Below the pieces are notes generated by a model, which searched no databases, was not told the DNA's origin, and was given only the letters and a program-made list of their open reading frames with translations. Both the position numbers and the translations under genes were made by a program. DNA of 63,987 nucleotides, the filler included, from Ionaspis alba (Eukaryota): NCBI GenBank assembly GCA_964255285.1. It is 5 parts of 5 records of this genome, joined end to end, with 100 filler letters (N's around TTAATTAATTAA, not from the genome) between each part and the next. Parts side by side here need not be neighbours in the genome. Positions count along the whole stretch, not along the records: positions 26,367 to 39,437 come from CAXUUL010000480.1; positions 39,538 to 52,485 come from CAXUUL010000481.1; 3 more parts are not named here. One strand, written 5' to 3'. Of the stretch, positions 36,538 through 47,548 are shown piece by piece (the stretch's first letter is position 1; each line of letters starts with the position of its first letter).

Positions 36538-38588
36538 ATGGCCTCGCCTCTACCTCCAGATCCATATCGAGCTCTTGGTGTTTCCAAGGATGCTACTACC
36601 ACTGCTATCCGCAGTTCGTACCGGAAGCTCGTCCTCACCTGCCACCCGGACAAGGTCTATGATGAATCCGTGAAAGAACAGAAGGCAGATCAGTTCCATC
36701 AGGTCCAGCAAGCCTACGAGATTCTCAGCGATGATACGAGGAGAGCTCGATNNNNNNNNNNNNNNNNNNNNNNNNNNNNNNNNNNNNNNNNNNNNNNNNN
36801 NNNNNNNNNNNNNNNNNNNNNNNNNNNNNNNNNNNNNNNNNNNNNNNNNNNCATCAGGTCCAGCAAGCCTACGAGATTCTCAGCGATGATACGAGGAGAG
36901 CTCGATATGACGAGCGTGTCAAGCTCGCAGAGCTACGCGCGGAATTACTGCCCCAGGTTGGTGGGCGAAACAAGGGCGTTTCCGAGTTCGGCCCGAGGCC
37001 CTCTCACATCTCAAAGTTCGAGACAAGAGACAATGCGGTGTATGAGGAGCGAATTCCACGAAGGTCATATGAGGATGATTACATCAGCCCACGTTACGAT
37101 GAGCACCGGGCAGCTGCGAAAAATCTAGATGATCGCTACGATTCACCAACCTCAAGACGAACCTCCGGCCGTACATCAGAAAAAGAAAGGAGGGCACGGG
37201 AGTACGAGGCGGAAGATAAGGCGCGTAGGATGGCCGAAAAGGCAAAGGCACACAAGGAGTTCTCTCAATCGGAGAGAAGGAGAACCAAAGAGCGGAGACG
37301 AGACCACGACAGCAAATACTACCATGCAAGTGTGGAAGAGCCTTCTGATTCGGACTCAGACAGCACAGAGCGAACTGCAAGTAGCAGAAGACCTGAATTG
37401 AGGAGGAGCTACAAAGACAACAGGAGGAGTACACGGGAAGAACTTCCTACGAGAAGCAAATATGACGATTCAGACTATGAAGACGAGAGCGAATCAAGGA
37501 CTCAATCCAAAGTCAAAACTGCTGCCGATTACATCTATCAAGCTTCGGGCAAGACTCTGTACGAGATTGACGATAGGCGACGTCCTTCGCTGACAAAGGT
37601 TCACACTGGTCACGGTAGGATCCCCCCACCGCCACCGCCACCACAGCCGTCGATCCCTCAATCACCGCCAAAGGATAGCAGAGCACGCCCATCTACTTAT
37701 TCCCGCGGTGTGCGAGAGCCGGGTCGTCCGACTTCTTCTGGTAGAGATCGAAGACAACCCGAGATAGTGGACCCGCCGATCTACGAACCTCGAAGACCAG
37801 CTCTGAACACAACGACTTCAGCTCCGTCCAACATCAAGCTCCCGCCAACTTTCTCGAATCCCAAGCTCCCACGTGTAAAGACAATGGAAACGCGGCCATC
37901 TGAACTGAGAGTTCCACTGCCACCGAAAAGAGCACAGACAAGTCCACTCGGCGGTATGGTCTCGCCGTCACGACACTACGAGACCGCGCCTCCAAAGTCA
38001 TCGAAGCTGCGAAACGCCGAGACTCATGACTCCGGCTACTCAAGTCCAGGGACTCCGGAAACGCACCACGGAGCCAGTCCTCACTTCACATCGACCAAGT
38101 ACCAGTATCATCTCAGTGAGCTCGACGAAGACGACGAACTCCCAAGTCCCCGCATTGTGCCCATCGAACCAGAACATCGTCGCGAACGCGACCTTTCACC
38201 GCACTCACACCACCGATCAGACCGTCCTCCTCCGTCGGCGCGAACCGCCTCTCACGTCAGGATCCCGCTCCAAAGGTCTACCACCTATGCTCCGGAGCCC
38301 GTTCCTTCCCGGCCTCCACCAGTCTCTCGTACAGCGTCTTCCCGCCCACATCTCTACGGTGCCATAGATAACCCTCCGGTCCAACAGTACAAAGTGCATA
38401 ATTTCTCGCCCAAGCTCGTACCATCGGATATTCAGTACAGTCATGCTCGTCGTAATTCGGAACGTGGATCAGCTAGAGATCATCGCGACGCTTATTCGTA
38501 TGATGGATCGCGATCCGGTCGCGGGGCTCATCCTGGAATGGGAGGGAGGGGTGGATCGTATGTAAAACAGGAATCTGTGCGGGCGTGA
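36538..38588 (+). CDS. DnaJ (J-domain) protein with long disordered Arg/Ser/Pro-rich tail; ~631 aa after collapsing the false gap
   Basis: DPYRALGV...YRKLVLTCHPDK...FHQVQQAYEILSD; removing the 100 N plus the 55-bp duplicate fuses ORF 36538 in frame with ORF 37038-38588 (RARYDERVKLAELR). Confidence 0.88.
36697..36906. other. false scaffold gap: 100 N (36752-36851) flanked by an exact 55-bp duplication
   Basis: 36697-36751 is identical to 36852-36906. Confidence 0.93.
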
Positions 38589-39437
38589 AGGGGTCGGGTG
38601 TTCGTGGTGATTACGATGGGCATGGTGCTGCTTGCTTGCTTGTCTGGACTGTCTGTACAGATCCCTTCATGCCAATGTAACGCCAGATCAGGCACAACCA
38701 TTGAATCTGTGTCTGTACTCGGGAACACTCGTTTTTGCTCAGTTGTGGCCTTGGCCGCTGGTTTTCTTAGACAGTAAACTGACGATCATTCTATGATGAG
38801 CCACAGCAGATATGGCCCCACGAGCCTTTCAGAGATAGTTTAAGCTTTATAAGTGTAAGATCTAGGTAGATGAACATTCCATCACTCGTTGTCCTACATA
38901 TGGTCGATGTCGTATGTGCTATCAATCAAAATGGACGTCGCTACGAAACACGCCCTGAGCAGTTGACCGAGTCATATCCCGTTATAGCGTATCCATTTTG
39001 TTAAAATTTCATTTGCTGAAGGTCTCGTCCGAATAGTAGATATCGGGTTCGGAGAGTGGACCTTCGTCGCCGCCTACTAAACATAGAACAACACAAAGGA
39101 GAGCAAATCAGCATAGTCATCTGTGCTCTGGAGATGCTCCACAATGCCAGCTGCAATCGCCCCTGCTCCCATTGTGATTCTAGCCATGATGAGGTAATTA
39201 TATATTGGCGTTTCTCAAAACTTATGGAACAAACATTCCGAGACTCGGTACAAACAAGTGCTACCAAGGTACCATTATATATGCGACCACTTCGAGCATT
39301 CTTGGCCGTGTTTTGACGTCTGGGACCAGCTTTTGGGTCCAGATTTTCATCCAATGAGAGAATTGATTGAACCAGTCGGAATCATAATCTGTGAATATAA
39401 ACATCGATGAACGCCTCCTGCTGCCTGCCTCTTTCTC

Positions 39438-39537
39438 NNNNNNNNNNNNNNNNNNNNNNNNNNNNNNNNNNNNNNNNNNNNTTAATTAATTAANNNNNNN
39501 NNNNNNNNNNNNNNNNNNNNNNNNNNNNNNNNNNNNN
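39438..39537. other. artificial contig spacer N44-TTAATTAATTAA-N44
   Basis: Same 100-bp structure. Confidence 0.97.
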
Positions 39538-41750
39538 GAGAAGGGATAGCGTGAACTGGGAGGGAGATTGTAGAGTTTGCTGTTTCTGCGCCTGGGTGAG
39601 AGGCGGGTATCGTAACGATCTGCGTGGGGTTTTGAGTATCGGGGTGAGATTGGGGAGCGGATTGGAGGATGAGAGGTGTAAGGAGCTTCATGCTGGGGGT
39701 AGTCAAGGAGATGGGGAATGAGGGGAGTGTTGGCCGGATGCGGTGAGTGATGAAGGGACAAAGAGGTGGATCTGTTATGGTCGGAGGGTTTCGATCGATT
39801 TCGAACGAGGATTCATGAGAGGTGCTTTGTTTGTGGGAAGGGGGGGTAAGACATATGGATTGTTACGGAGATGACAGTTAGGAGAGAGCGTGTGTATGTG
39901 GATGGGACGTGAGAATACTGACCGAATCTGGAAGAGAGACGCTGGGAGCTGAAGCGAGGTTTATAGGTGAAATCAGAAGCTCTCTATACTATGATTTTCC
40001 TAGATCCAGAGGATTAGATATCATCGATACAATATTTCCCAGCCCAAAAGACCATCTCTCGTAAGACCATTTACCCTATTCACACACTCAACATCCACTC
40101 ATGCCAAAAGGCTCCCTCCCGCCTGCCCCCTGTACATAATCACGACAGTTCACGCTTACCTTCGAAGATATTCCCAGCCGCATCCATGAACCACTAAGCG
40201 GTTTCCATCACGCCCTTACAAGCCGTTGAAATACTAGTCGCCAATTCCCTACCTCCTTCACCCTTTCTCCAGCTCTCACTAGCTCCTCCACACGACTCAC
40301 TGGAGGCATGGGGTTCTATTCTCATGGCCGCGGATGACATGCGTCTGGGAAGCAGTTGAGAAGTTGAGAACTGGCATTACCTGCGCATAGCGAGTTCTGA
40401 AGACCAAGAGTGACGCAGGGAGCCGTCCACTTGAGTTACTATCTTCCAGGAGCTTGGTCGTGCCAGGAAGTCATAGCTTCCACTAGCAGGAGCATCGATG
40501 AAGCTCCATCGAGTGCTGCTGCCCAGCACTGTAGGCAAGGTAAAGGACGGTACAGGTGTCGAATCGACGTGGACCCGACCTTGGTATTTACCGGGAAGGT
40601 TGTTGGCGAGGTGTGGAACAAAGTGGTTTGACCTCCGCTCTCGGCGTCAGACACATTGACAAGCCAAATGCAAATAGCAGGGACGACGACCGAAAAGCGC
40701 AAGACAATGGAGGAGAACAAGAGGAGTAATCTCATGGCGTTTATGAGAAGTTTGAGAACCTGCGACAGAATCCATAAGCACTTGGCTGGATGGATGGATC
40801 TCCGATGCCCATAATTTCGGATTGGCCGCAGGAATTTCACTGATATTGGATGACTTGCATGTTTGGGAGACTGTCGGGTGAATTCATGATGTTGTTGTAA
40901 GCAATGCTAATACCAGTCCGATCAGAGACTCAATCATCCGAGAGAGGAAAAGGAACAGGAAAGTTGCCAGCCAAGACTGGTTTGGATAGGTTGACAACAA
41001 AGAAATTTTTCGATCTACCGCAAGCGGCAGAGAAAAATTCATGATGCTTTGTAGTCCGATCAGAGATCTTTCTAAGAGCAGATTCCCAAGACTTTAAGAT
41101 TCCAAACTGTGCTAAGCTCACCTTTAATTAGCATATTATTACTAGCATCAATCGGCTATTCAATCGTAGATCTTGAAGGCTACAGGATAGCCCAATGAAA
41201 TATGCCGTCGCCAAAATCCTAGCACGTTTTCACGAAAGCTCTGCACAGATGATTGCGTTAGTGCTGCTGGTTCCGTCTCGTCTGATTCTTCGAGGCATTT
41301 AGATATCTCAATTTGACCTATCATGCTCATGCGTCAGCAAAAGAGTGACAGAGTACAGCACGAGCATCTTGGATTGAGAAACAAAGGAGCGGGAATATAT
41401 GGCTCAATCAAGTCATTGGCTGTCAAGTCTGAAGTCGCAGGTATAACAGTCCAATTGTCTAGGAGGAGAGAAATCCACAAGGAACTGACCATCATCTTTG
41501 TCATATGTTCAGACTTTGTCGGACACAATGCCATTGAACAACATCATTGTAGTTTGACTCGATTGGGTACGAAGCCTTTTCCTGGTGGCGAGCAACATTT
41601 GTTGTTGCTACAAGTTAAATAGCGGCCTGCTTCTCTCCATTTCCTCTGATCCTGCATCGTCGCTTCTCCTCCACAATAAGATCAAGACTTTCTCTCAGAC
41701 AACAAATCATTATCGCAGCACTTCAGACCAAAGACCCCATCAAAATCGAA

Positions 41751-42266
41751 ATGGCCGACAAGAAACAGGCTCAAGCACATCCAATGAATCTTTCCCCCGC
41801 AAAACTTGACGAGTGGGTCCGAGAAGAGATGCTCTTCATGAGGATGTCTGGTCTTGGCCAACTCTTGCAACCCAAGAGAGATCTCAATCCAGCCGAGCAG
41901 GCGGCGAAAGCCAAATGCATCCAAGAGCTCACCAACACCCCGATTCTCGCCTTGATGCCTGGTGAGCAATGCCCTGGTCTAGTCGAAGACGACTACGGTG
42001 TCGGAACCGGACAAATCTATTCTTCGACAACCTATCGCGACGCTCTAATGCGGAGACGTAGGGTCTACCCAGAGGAATCAACGCCGTATTTCGATTGTTG
42101 GAGAGAGAATTGGGTGATCGTGTCCGGCCCGGTCGGCGAAGAAGTCGTCATTGCTGTGAGATCAAGTGTGGTCCCCACAGATGCTCTAAAGAAGGCCATT
42201 TCCTTGAAGACCACCGGCGACGTCTTTGTCGTTCTCTGCAAAGACATCTTTGTCCGTGAGGATTGA
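41751..42266 (+). CDS. hypothetical protein, 171 aa
   Basis: ATG in good context (GAA ATG GCC), pyrimidine-rich leader, globular-looking composition; no family recognised. Confidence 0.55.
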   Translation: MADKKQAQAHPMNLSPAKLDEWVREEMLFMRMSGLGQLLQPKRDLNPAEQAAKAKCIQELTNTPILALMPGEQCPGLVEDDYGVGTGQIYSSTTYRDALMRRRRVYPEESTPYFDCWRENWVIVSGPVGEEVVIAVRSSVVPTDALKKAISLKTTGDVFVVLCKDIFVRED

Positions 42267-42396
42267 AAGGAATAGGGGAGCGGGCCCATCGACGGTCCTG
42301 CTTGCGGTATAAAGTTTGTGTCCTCAAACCTTACTAATACAGGTCCACAGTCTTTACTGATATAGCTTGAAGTGTTTGTCTGGTTGATACTGAGTT

Positions 42397-42508
42397 GGAA
42401 TGCATCCTGCAAGTCAGTGCCTTCCACGACCACTCATTTGTTGTCTGATAGAAATTGAATAGGAATGCTTGCTGCAAGTCAGCGACTTCCACGACCACTC
42501 ATTTTGTC
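42397..42508 (+). repeat. degenerate tandem duplication, period ~65 bp
   Basis: ggaatgc.t.ctgcaagtcag...cttccacgaccactcattt at 42397-42439 and 42462-42504. Confidence 0.85.
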
Positions 42509-44077
42509 CTGCTATTAGCTAGATCAAAGCTCACATCCAATTCTCTAGGGTGCTTTGACAGATCAATACAATCCCTTGAAGAAAACGAATGAATGGAACA
42601 TTTGGTGTGACACATTCCTCTGAACCGTACAAGTAACTAAGATATCTAGTAAACACCGAGTCCTGGGTGAAGACCTGAATGATAGAGCAATTGGGGATAA
42701 ATTGACTGATGCTTATATCCAACGAGGCTGGTCTGTCGAAGACTTAAAGGCATAAGATAATAGAGAGACGAAGCCCACCAGTTGACTGAAAAGCAGGCAC
42801 GAGATTCGCATGTGAAAACCAGTTCGAACAATATAATGACCGCATTGGGCGATCATCTCAACATCCCGTACAAAAACGACCGTTTGTCGCATCCTTTTCT
42901 TTGTTCTTCGGTTATTTCAATGGTGGTTCTGGCAGTAGAAAATCCCCGTCAGAGCTTCCTATCCGGAGGTTCCGTTCACAGGTGTAAAGAACAAGACGGT
43001 TTATGTTACTGCGAAGACCATCTTCGGCAAAAACATTGCCGTCATCGAGGAGGGTAAAAGCGTTAGCGAGGAGCAGGCTGAGTTGAACGGCGAAGTCAAA
43101 GAATTCACAAAGCCGAAAGCCAAGATATTTAAGCACTACACGATAAGCCAATCATCGCTTTACACTGCAGTGAGCTATGGCTAGCTCTTGTGGATTGTAG
43201 AACGGTCTCAGCGACGAGAAGCATGGAACTGCGTCGGCGTGGAGAAACATATATCCAGCTCCAACAACGTGCTTTGATGAGCGGAGCCAACCTCCACGAG
43301 TCGTGACTGGGAATTTCTTTAATCTCATCAGTACCCTCGCGGAGCCCAGAAGCCGCAGATTGTATGCGGCGTTGGAGAATGCAGGGACATTATGAGTGGA
43401 GGAAGACCTATCTGTAATTATGGGAGCAGCCCTTGTTGGGGTGCCGCAGCAATCTCTGAGGCTTCTAGTTATCGTAAGACGAGCGACGAGGACATCCAAG
43501 AGAAGAAAATATAAAATCGCTCGATCAGAAGGTGCAGAGCGAGAAAGCCAGCAGCTAAGTCCAAGCATTAGGGGCTAGGTCGATCAAAGATGAAAACTGG
43601 TACTACGAAAGAGTGAAAGGTTCAGGCGAGCTCTAACATGCCCTATGACACAGAGGCTTAATAGCAGCATGGTAGCAGCGAAGGGAAAGGCTCGACCAAA
43701 GTAGAAAGTTGCCGATGAGGCCGAGGAGACAATGAAGTTTGATTGCCCACCTGCATGGCACAAAGATCTGCTAATTACTGCCATGTTCTGTGCTGGTCAC
43801 GGCATTTCTCTGCAACTCGATCGAAGAACCACCCATTCGTGATTCATAGTTCAAAGCTGAGATATCAAGCGTTGAAGTCGTTTAGAAGCCCCGCGAAATC
43901 CGAGTAGAAACTTGGAACTGAATCGCCGTTTGCGGAACCATCTTCTTTGTCTGGCACAAGCTTTAAGAGTGGCCATCAAGTTGTACATTCCGCCGCTCTA
44001 AAACTCTTAGGAACGTGGCAAGGGTTGCTATCATTCTCAAAGATCACAACAGAACAGAGTCTTCAATCGAAAGCGTC

Positions 44078-44440
44078 ATGCCAGTCACACGGTCTCAGGC
44101 CAAGGCCCTCGAGTCTGCTTCGGCCGGCAAGACAGAGTACCCTAGCACTACCAACAGTGACAGCCTATCTGAAGCTTCCGTGAGCGAACTGGCAACTCCA
44201 CAACCAGCGAGGGACTACTTCCGGGCTATGGCAAGGAAGGCGACGCTTGATATCGCTAATCAAGGTGTAAAGGTGACACCGAATCTTGCGAGGCAGATAG
44301 GAGGCGTCTTCGGGGAGATATATTACAGCTGGCTGACCTCTAACTCCAATGTCAGACCTGGCCATGACACTCCTGGTGAGAACTCGAACCGCCTCGAAGA
44401 ATCAAAAGATGTTGATAAGGGAAAGGGCTTGGATAAGTAG
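44078..44440 (+). CDS. hypothetical protein, 120 aa (MPVTRSQ... N-terminus)
   Basis: ATG at 44078 (GTC ATG CC); MxxTRS start is common in fungal proteins; no domain recognised. Confidence 0.5.
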   Translation: MPVTRSQAKALESASAGKTEYPSTTNSDSLSEASVSELATPQPARDYFRAMARKATLDIANQGVKVTPNLARQIGGVFGEIYYSWLTSNSNVRPGHDTPGENSNRLEESKDVDKGKGLDK

Positions 44441-44644
44441 ATGTCTGGTTGAACCACTGGACTTCGTAAGTGCGTTGGTGAAGTCAGGTTCTGTTTTTGG
44501 AATGGATCTTTGGACGTCTTTCCGACCTTAGTGCAAGCGCCAACATCTATCGGACGGTACAATGTGAGGGAGCTGGCAGGAACAGAGATCCGATTTTGTG
44601 CATGTATAGATAGTCCACGTCACAGTTCCAAACGTCCTGCGAGT

Positions 44645-45509
<865 letters not shown>

Positions 45510-45653
45510 TTTCTCAGGCTAGTAGTCACTGGTTTGATATCTAGAGATAGGTGTCAATGCTTCGAAGTCTACCTCTGTAGACATGAACACAGAACACTGC
45601 GTCCACTTCCACTTCATTAGGCGAAATATGGGGCTGCCAAGACTACGCTAGTG

Positions 45654-45661
45654 CACGTGAC
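45654..45661. promoter_or_regulatory. CACGTGAC E-box (Cbf1/bHLH-type) in the 306-bp divergent promoter between CDD1 and the 425-aa gene
   Basis: Exact motif located midway between two head-to-head ATGs. Confidence 0.35.
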
Positions 45662-45815
45662 CGTCTGTATATCCAGCACCCCTTCTAACTCGTTGGTATT
45701 CACGCCCGCATCTACTCAACACCTTCATGGCGCCCGAGGAGGGCAGCGGGTTGCGGATAGTGGATCTGCGAGTCGAAACTGTCTACATGGCTCACTTGCA
45801 GCATGACGGGCTATA

Positions 45816-47093
45816 ATGACTACACCAGTCGAGATTCTTATCCACATCTCAGCACCGAGTCGTGGTTCAGACGATGTCAAGTACAGGAGACAAGCACAAG
45901 GCTTTTTGGACTTCAAGGTGGCCACGAGGCATGATGTGGCACCCAGAGGGCTTGCAGACCCTGACAGTGTTCTTCAGCATCAGGTTCCTGCTCGAGTGCA
46001 GCTAGGTCTTGAGGAAGGTTCTGAGGTTCACTCGGGAACCGGGAAGGTGGCATGTACTTCAGGCAAGGACAAAGAAGCAAGCCGGGAAGACACATTCGCA
46101 ACAACTACTCCGAATACGGACAACTATCGGAAATCTACAGGCACCCAGTTCCGTCCTAGCCGAGGATCCAATGTTCTGCATCCTGCCAACATCCAAGTCG
46201 ACCGCACGCCGTTCGTCCCGAGGCCAAACACGGCACCCTCCCATTCGTCAAAGACCCCTCCACCACCTCTCCACCGCAGGTCGTTTTCCGACTCCTGGGA
46301 GACGCCACCGAGCGTGATTCCAGATTCACAGCCTTCCAATGCATCCAACATCTCTCGAAAGCGCGGCCGGCCACCGGCCACCTCCTCACAAGAAACCACA
46401 CAGAGTGCTTCGCCGCTAGCAAAACGAGCGTGCATCCAAGCTCCCGATACGGTCGTCCAGCAAGCGAGTAGCAGCACTGGAAGCAATGGCCCTCACGAGT
46501 CTATCATCAAACAGCCAGTCGTATACCCAACACTTCCCAGTCTCTCACCCAGCGGTCCCGAACCTAGTTCTATTCCAGCACCATCTCGACCCCTCATCGC
46601 TCGGATCCATCCTCCACCACCTCCTGTATCAACGGCACCCTTTACTACGCACCTCACACAGTACCTCATACGCATCACTAGCCATCTCCCCCTCGCCAAG
46701 CACTTCCAGCCTAAATGGACGAACCGTCCACTGCGGACGCATGAGCGTGGGTACTGGGAAGTTCCTATCCGACGGAATCAGTGGACTACGGGGTTGTGGG
46801 AGAAGTTTTTGGACTTTCTGGAGCAGTTCGTGGGAGGTGGGAGAGCAGGGTGGGGTGTTTGGGCTGAATGGGAGAGACCAGGGACGGAAAAGACGAAGGA
46901 TGGGTTGGAGAAGGAAAAGACGAGTTTGGAGAAAGCCATTGCGGGAAATGAGCAGGAGTTGGTAAGGGTTTATTGCTGGGGTGAGGTTGTGGGGCATGTG
47001 TGGTTAGTGTTGCTTTTGGCGACGAGTAGGAAGGTCAAGGGCATGGGTGCTAGGTGGGTTGATGGTGCAGGAGAGGTGGTCCTCGTGATGTGA
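45816..47093 (+). CDS. hypothetical protein with globular-looking N- and C-terminal blocks and a disordered linker (possible Bqt2/Bqt1-like; see findings)
   Basis: 425-aa intronless ORF; N-block EILIHISAPSRGSDDVKYRRQAQGFLDF; C-block RPLRTHERGYW...GRAGWGVW...VRVYCWGEVVGHVWLVL. Confidence 0.85.
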   Translation: MTTPVEILIHISAPSRGSDDVKYRRQAQGFLDFKVATRHDVAPRGLADPDSVLQHQVPARVQLGLEEGSEVHSGTGKVACTSGKDKEASREDTFATTTPNTDNYRKSTGTQFRPSRGSNVLHPANIQVDRTPFVPRPNTAPSHSSKTPPPPLHRRSFSDSWETPPSVIPDSQPSNASNISRKRGRPPATSSQETTQSASPLAKRACIQAPDTVVQQASSSTGSNGPHESIIKQPVVYPTLPSLSPSGPEPSSIPAPSRPLIARIHPPPPPVSTAPFTTHLTQYLIRITSHLPLAKHFQPKWTNRPLRTHERGYWEVPIRRNQWTTGLWEKFLDFLEQFVGGGRAGWGVWAEWERPGTEKTKDGLEKEKTSLEKAIAGNEQELVRVYCWGEVVGHVWLVLLLATSRKVKGMGARWVDGAGEVVLVM

Positions 47094-47548
47094 TGGGGTT
47101 GAAGGTGTATTTTTTTGCACCGATTGGGCATTTGGAGGTTTCGGGACTTGGCTATGGAGCCTTTTGGAATATGGCATTCTAGGATAGCTTGGATACCCCT
47201 ATATTTAGATTCACCCTCTTGGAAAGCATGGATTTTGAATATTGTACTCTGATAAAATAGTGCATGACTTCATTCCGCACGCTGAGACCTATTAGACAAA
47301 CTGCAGTTCTGTGAAAACATATGCCGAAGTCCCTCGAATGCCCAGGGGTATCCCTATGCTGTCCTTTCGCAGACGCCATATGAAGGAAAAGTTACAGTCG
47401 TCATCATTTGTCGTAGCTCATGATCTAATAACAATCGCCCGTCGCACCAAAAAGAGCCTTTTGTGCATGATGCTCGCCGAAAAGCCTGGATTCCAAATCA
47501 CATCAATGTGCCTGCATCCATCGGCCGAATCCTCTAAGCACGGGTCCT

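Noticed and set aside
36752..36906. Apparent frameshift/pseudogenisation of the DnaJ gene
   Set aside because: Explained fully by the duplicated 55-bp overlap around the N gap
39538..39900. Minus-strand gene start at the contig edge (Pro/Ser-rich frames)
   Set aside because: Several frames are equally plausible, the first ATG is closed by an early stop, and the sequence is truncated by the spacer
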